In this document: positions 7,550-10,787 of the stretch, one piece after another
How the letters are laid out: every line of letters begins with the position of its first letter
Position numbering within the stretch: position 1 is the stretch's first letter
Source of the DNA: a virus
Lineage: Duplodnaviria > Heunggongvirae > Uroviricota > Caudoviricetes
Length of the DNA: 10,787 nt
IMG/VR virus record: IMGVR_UViG_2534681766_000003
Coordinates: 1-10,787 of that record
Strand: one strand, 5' to 3'
The notes under the pieces: generated by a model
Databases searched by the model: none
The model's input: only the letters and a program-made list of their open reading frames with translations
What the model was told of the DNA's origin: nothing
Made by a program: the position numbers and the translations under genes

Positions 7550-8177
7550 TGTACCGCTGAGTCTGAAATCTGTCAGTGACTCCGGTGAGTTTGAAGGGTA
7601 TGGCTCCGTCTTTGGTGTAAAGGACAGCCACGATGATGTGGTGATGTCCGGGGCATTTGCTGCTTCCCTACGGGCGTGGAGTGACAGAAAAGCGTTACCT
7701 GCGCTGCTCTGGCAGCACCGCATGGATGAACCCATCGGTGTTTACACCGAAATGAAGGAAGACGATGTCGGGCTTTACGTCAGGGGACGGTTGCTTATTG
7801 ATGATGATCCCCTCGCAAAACGCGCACATGCACACATGAAGGCCGGTTCGTTAACCGGCCTTTCTATTGGGTACGTCCTGAAAGACTGGGAATACGACCG
7901 GAGCAAAGAAGCCTTTCTGCTGAAAGAAATCGACCTCTGGGAAGTCAGCCTGGTGACGTTCCCGTCTAACGACGAGGCGCGGATCAGCGACGTCAAGAAC
8001 GCACTGGCCCGCGGGGAAATCCCCGAACAGAAAAAAATCGAAAGAGTCCTGCGTGATGTCGGACTCTCCCGTACCCAGGCCAAAGCATTCATGGCCGGGG
8101 GCTATGGCGCACTGTCCCTGCGCGACGCTGAGGATGTGGGCTCTGCACTGAATGCACTGAAAAATCTGAACTTCTAA
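7527..8177 (+). CDS. Prohead maturation protease, HK97 family (peptidase S78/U35)
   Basis: Six-frame ORF 7491..8177. The preferred start is the ATG at 7527, with AAGGA 8 nt upstream, overlapping the 3' end of the portal gene. Sequence (…GYGSVFGVKDSHDDVVMSGAF…) and position between portal and capsid are typical. Confidence 0.85.
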   Translation: MQTKQRLDVPLSLKSVSDSGEFEGYGSVFGVKDSHDDVVMSGAFAASLRAWSDRKALPALLWQHRMDEPIGVYTEMKEDDVGLYVRGRLLIDDDPLAKRAHAHMKAGSLTGLSIGYVLKDWEYDRSKEAFLLKEIDLWEVSLVTFPSNDEARISDVKNALARGEIPEQKKIERVLRDVGLSRTQAKAFMAGGYGALSLRDAEDVGSALNALKNLNF

Positions 8178-8191
8178 TCAGGAGAAATACG

Positions 8192-9397
8192 ATGGCGGTT
8201 GATATTAAAGATGTCGAACAGGTCGCGCAGGAGCTGCAGCAGAAGTTTGACGACTTCAAAGCAAAGAACGACAAGCGCGTGGATGCGATTGAGCAGGAAA
8301 AAGGCAAACTTGCCGGGCAGGTGGAAACCCTGAACGGGAAACTCAGCGAGCTGGAAAATCTCAAAAGCGACCTTGAAAAAGAGCTGCTTGAGCTGAAACG
8401 TCCGGCAGGTGGTGCGCAAAATAAACTGGCCACAGAGCACAAAGAGGCGTTTGTGGGCTTTCTGCGTAAAGGCCGTGAAGACGGTCTGCGCGATCTGGAG
8501 CGCAAGGCATTGCAGGTGGGCACCGATGAAGACGGTGGCTATGCCGTGCCGGAAGCACTGGATCGCAACATTCTCACCCTGCTGAAAGATGAAGTGGTGA
8601 TGCGCCAGGAAGCCACGGTGATCACTGTTGGCGGTTCCGACTACAAAAAACTGGTGAATCTGGGCGGCACGGCTTCCGGATGGGTGGGCGAGACTGACGC
8701 GCGCTCCCAGACTGCCACCTCAAAACTGGGACTGATTGAACCTTTCATGGGGGAAATCTACGGTAACCCGCAGGCCACTCAGAAAATGCTGGATGATGCC
8801 TTCTTCAACGTGGAGGCCTGGATCAACAGCGAGCTGGCGACCGAATTTGCCGAACAGGAAGAAATTGCCTTTACCACCGGTGATGGCACCAAGAAGCCAA
8901 AAGGGTTCCTGGCGTATGAATCCACCGATGAAACCGATAAGGTTCGTGCGTTCGGTAAACTTCAGCATATTGTATCCGGTGAAGCGACGACGGTGACCGC
9001 AGACGCCATTATCAAACTGATTTACACGCTGCGTAAGGCACACCGCACTGGCGCGAAGTTCATGATGAACAACAACAGCCTGTTTGCCATCCGTCTGCTG
9101 AAAGACACCGAGGGTAACTATCTGTGGCGTCCGGGGCTGGAGCTGGGGCAACCGTCCTCTCTGGCGGGTTACGGTATCGCTGAAAACGAACAGATGCCGG
9201 ATATCGCCGCTGATGCGAAAGCTATTGCATTTGGTAACTTCAAACGGGGTTACACCATCGTTGACCGTATCGGTACCCGCATTCTGCGTGATCCGTACAC
9301 CAATAAACCGTTTGTCGGTTTTTATACCACCAAGCGCACCGGCGGCATGCTGGTCGATTCGCAGGCCATCAAACTGCTGAAGATTGCAGCGGCGTAA
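8192..9397 (+). CDS. Major capsid protein, HK97 family, with N-terminal coiled-coil delta (scaffolding) domain
   Basis: 401-aa ORF with AGGAG before the ATG. The N-terminal roughly 100 aa are coiled-coil-like (…QELQQKFDDFKAKNDKRVDAIEQEKGKLAGQVETLNGKLSELENLKSDLEKELLELK…), followed by a capsid-fold-sized body. No separate scaffold gene is present, as in HK97. Confidence 0.9.
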   Translation: MAVDIKDVEQVAQELQQKFDDFKAKNDKRVDAIEQEKGKLAGQVETLNGKLSELENLKSDLEKELLELKRPAGGAQNKLATEHKEAFVGFLRKGREDGLRDLERKALQVGTDEDGGYAVPEALDRNILTLLKDEVVMRQEATVITVGGSDYKKLVNLGGTASGWVGETDARSQTATSKLGLIEPFMGEIYGNPQATQKMLDDAFFNVEAWINSELATEFAEQEEIAFTTGDGTKKPKGFLAYESTDETDKVRAFGKLQHIVSGEATTVTADAIIKLIYTLRKAHRTGAKFMMNNNSLFAIRLLKDTEGNYLWRPGLELGQPSSLAGYGIAENEQMPDIAADAKAIAFGNFKRGYTIVDRIGTRILRDPYTNKPFVGFYTTKRTGGMLVDSQAIKLLKIAAA

Positions 9398-9402
9398 TCA
9401 CT

Positions 9403-9430
9403 CAGGGGCGCTGAATTGCGCCCCTGTTCT
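9403..9430 (+). terminator. Strong hairpin (9-bp perfect GC-rich stem, 6-nt loop) just after the capsid gene; possible leaky terminator or RNA-stability element
   Basis: CAGGGGCGC (9403-9411), loop TGAATT, GCGCCCCTG (9418-9426), followed by TTCT and no long T-run. Confidence 0.4.
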
Positions 9431-9446
9431 GACAGGTGAAAGAATC

Positions 9447-10574
9447 ATGATCCTGAAACAAGATCTGAAATGGTCACCGGACGGTAAAGCCAGCGAAACT
9501 AATGCTAAATCCAGTGAAACAAACGCGGCGAAATCTGCGGCGGACGCACTTAATTATCGCAACCAGGCGCAAGTAATTGTTGGCGATAATATCGGTCTTG
9601 GCTCAGCCCCGCGTGATTGTCCTGATATTTCCGGCAACCCATCAGGGTATATCGGATTTATGCGCATTATGAGTAATGCAAAAGGCTTTCCATCGATTGC
9701 ATCCGGTGAAAGCAGTCTTACGGGGTTTATTAGTCAGGTAGATGGAACACCAGCGTATACAGGTGTATTTCAGGGATGGACTACGCGCTCGCTTTATACT
9801 TATCGCTGGAATCCGACAATAGGCCCGCAATGGACACGCCACGCAAGAAAAGATGAGGTTATCCGATTTCAGCGTTCAAGCGACACAAGAACCATCATTT
9901 TATCTACTGACGTTCAGGCGGACGGCTGTTACTTACAGGTTGATGCTGACGGTCAGTGGGGCGCATTTAACCCTAAAGCTGGTAGATGGCAACCGCTCGC
10001 AGTTGCGCAAGGTGGCACTGGGGCGAATGATGCAAGTACAGCGCGCTCTAAACTTGAAGTCATGTTTGAAGCAAAAACTGGCCTTGATGCGAATACGAAC
10101 TTAAACGATATAAAAGGTACTACAGCCGGTTTTTATTACCAACCAATGTCTGCCAACGCAAAGCCAGAACTAAATTACCCGATACAGCTTGCTGGTGCAT
10201 TGTTAGTGCAAAGAACTGGTGCTAATGGTAGTGATGGTTGTATCCAGAGCTATTTTGTATATAACAATTCATCAATTCTTTATAGAAGGATATATACCAG
10301 CACACAAGGTTGGAGTGTATGGAAAAAAATAGTATTAACAGAAAGAATTGAAGAAGGCGAATCGACAACTTACGTTTATTCGAATTACTCACCATCAGCG
10401 CCACGACTTCAGGTGTCAACATCTGGATTGTGGGGTTGCCATAACGGATCGTCATGGGTTCCATTACCTATTGGACAAGGAGGCACTAATGCGGCAACTG
10501 TTGATGGTGCCAGAACGAATCTTGGCTTAGGTAGGAACAACAGCCCTCAACTTAACAGTCTATTTCTTGGGTAA
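9447..10574 (+). CDS. Tail fibre-like protein, N-terminal about 374 aa; 3' end interrupted by IS1 (truncated gene)
   Basis: Six-frame ORF 9384..10574. The preferred start is the ATG at 9447, with AGGTGA 8 nt upstream. The N-terminal low-complexity tract KASETNAKSSETNAAKSAADA resembles lambda Stf and T7 gp17 fibres. Two GGTxA…AR(S/T)xL(E/G) motifs (AQGGTGANDASTARSKLEV, GQGGTNAATVDGARTNLGLG) are fibre-repeat-like. The last sense codon and the stop (10569-10574) are supplied by the IS1 terminus GGTAATGAC. Confidence 0.6.
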   Translation: MILKQDLKWSPDGKASETNAKSSETNAAKSAADALNYRNQAQVIVGDNIGLGSAPRDCPDISGNPSGYIGFMRIMSNAKGFPSIASGESSLTGFISQVDGTPAYTGVFQGWTTRSLYTYRWNPTIGPQWTRHARKDEVIRFQRSSDTRTIILSTDVQADGCYLQVDADGQWGAFNPKAGRWQPLAVAQGGTGANDASTARSKLEVMFEAKTGLDANTNLNDIKGTTAGFYYQPMSANAKPELNYPIQLAGALLVQRTGANGSDGCIQSYFVYNNSSILYRRIYTSTQGWSVWKKIVLTERIEEGESTTYVYSNYSPSAPRLQVSTSGLWGCHNGSSWVPLPIGQGGTNAATVDGARTNLGLGRNNSPQLNSLFLG

Positions 10575-10787
10575 TGACTCCAACTTATTGATAGTGTTTT
10601 ATGTTCAGATAATGCCCGATGACTTTGTCATGCAGCTCCACCGATTTTGAGAACGACAGCGACTTCCGTCCCAGCCGTGCCAGGTGCTGCCTCAGATTCA
10701 GGTTATGCCGCTCAATTCGCTGCGTATATCGCTTGCTGATTACGTGCAGCTTTCCTTTCAGGCGGGATTCATACAGCGGCCAGCCAT
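10570..10787 (-). mobile_element. IS1 insertion sequence, partial (right inverted-repeat end; continues beyond the window)
   Basis: 10570-10787 matches the reverse complement of the IS1 right end as I remember it: GGTAATGACTCCAACTTATTGATAGTGTTTTATGTTCAGATAATGCCCGATGACTTTGTCATGCAGCTCCACCGATTTTGAGAACGACAGCG… including the terminal inverted repeat. Confidence 0.9.
10585..10787 (-). CDS. insB: IS1 transposase InsB, C-terminal part (5' end beyond the window)
   Basis: Minus-strand translation ends …[29 protein letters not shown], with the stop codon complement at 10585-10587. This matches the IS1 InsB C-terminus. Confidence 0.85.
   Translation of the reverse strand, partial: GWPLYESRLKGKLHVISKRYTQRIERHNLNLRQHLARLGRKSLSFSKSVELHDKVIGHYLNIKHYQ

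Noticed and set aside
6323-8558. Minus-strand ORFs inside the portal, protease and capsid genes (e.g. 6770..7159, 7331..7735, 7775..8092, 8089..8523, 8174..8440, 8361..8558)
   Set aside because: They are antisense to confidently assigned structural genes. The Ser/Arg/Pro-rich translations (e.g. 8089..8523) are characteristic of non-coding reverse frames.
9384-9446. N-terminal extension of the tail-fibre ORF from the ATG at 9384
   Set aside because: It would overlap the capsid gene 3' end and include the strong hairpin at 9403-9426. The ATG at 9447 has a proper Shine-Dalgarno sequence and gives a typical fibre N-terminus.
9642-10530. Short ORFs within the fibre gene (9642..9842 -, 9853..10104 +, 10222..10464 -, 10348..10530 +)
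   Set aside because: They are embedded in or antisense to the longer fibre reading frame and have no start signals.
1-10787. CRISPR arrays, tRNA/tmRNA or rRNA genes
   Set aside because: I found no regularly spaced direct repeats with unique spacers and no cloverleaf-capable GC-rich stretch of about 75-90 nt in intergenic regions. The only repeats seen are the short TATCGATCG copies and the IS1 terminus.

Overview
This window looks like a mosaic prophage or satellite-like accessory region from an enterobacterial (E. coli-like) chromosome, with all credible genes on the + strand except a partial IS1 insB. In order: (1) the 3' end of a YfjP/YkfA/YeeP-family GTPase gene, as found in CP4-type islands; (2) an intergenic region with a sigma70-like promoter followed by three GATC sites in 36 bp inside repeated TATCGATCG motifs, resembling a Dam/OxyR phase-variation switch; (3) a DUF968-like zinc-motif gene and a probable Q-like late antiterminator; (4) a sharply AT-rich 261-aa gene of unknown function, bracketed by two intrinsic terminators, sitting where lambdoid phages carry morons such as stx; (5) a 4-TM membrane protein, then an HK97-type packaging and head module (HNH endonuclease, P27-family TerS, TerL, small membrane protein, portal, prohead protease, major capsid protein); (6) a tail-fibre-like gene directly after the capsid gene with no head-tail connector or tail genes between, cut at its 3' end by an IS1 copy that runs off the window. 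The AT-rich orphan gene is the best candidate for an undescribed function (defence, abortive infection or toxin); I could not assign it to any family. All calls rest on reading the sequence and remembered family signatures; no database search was run.
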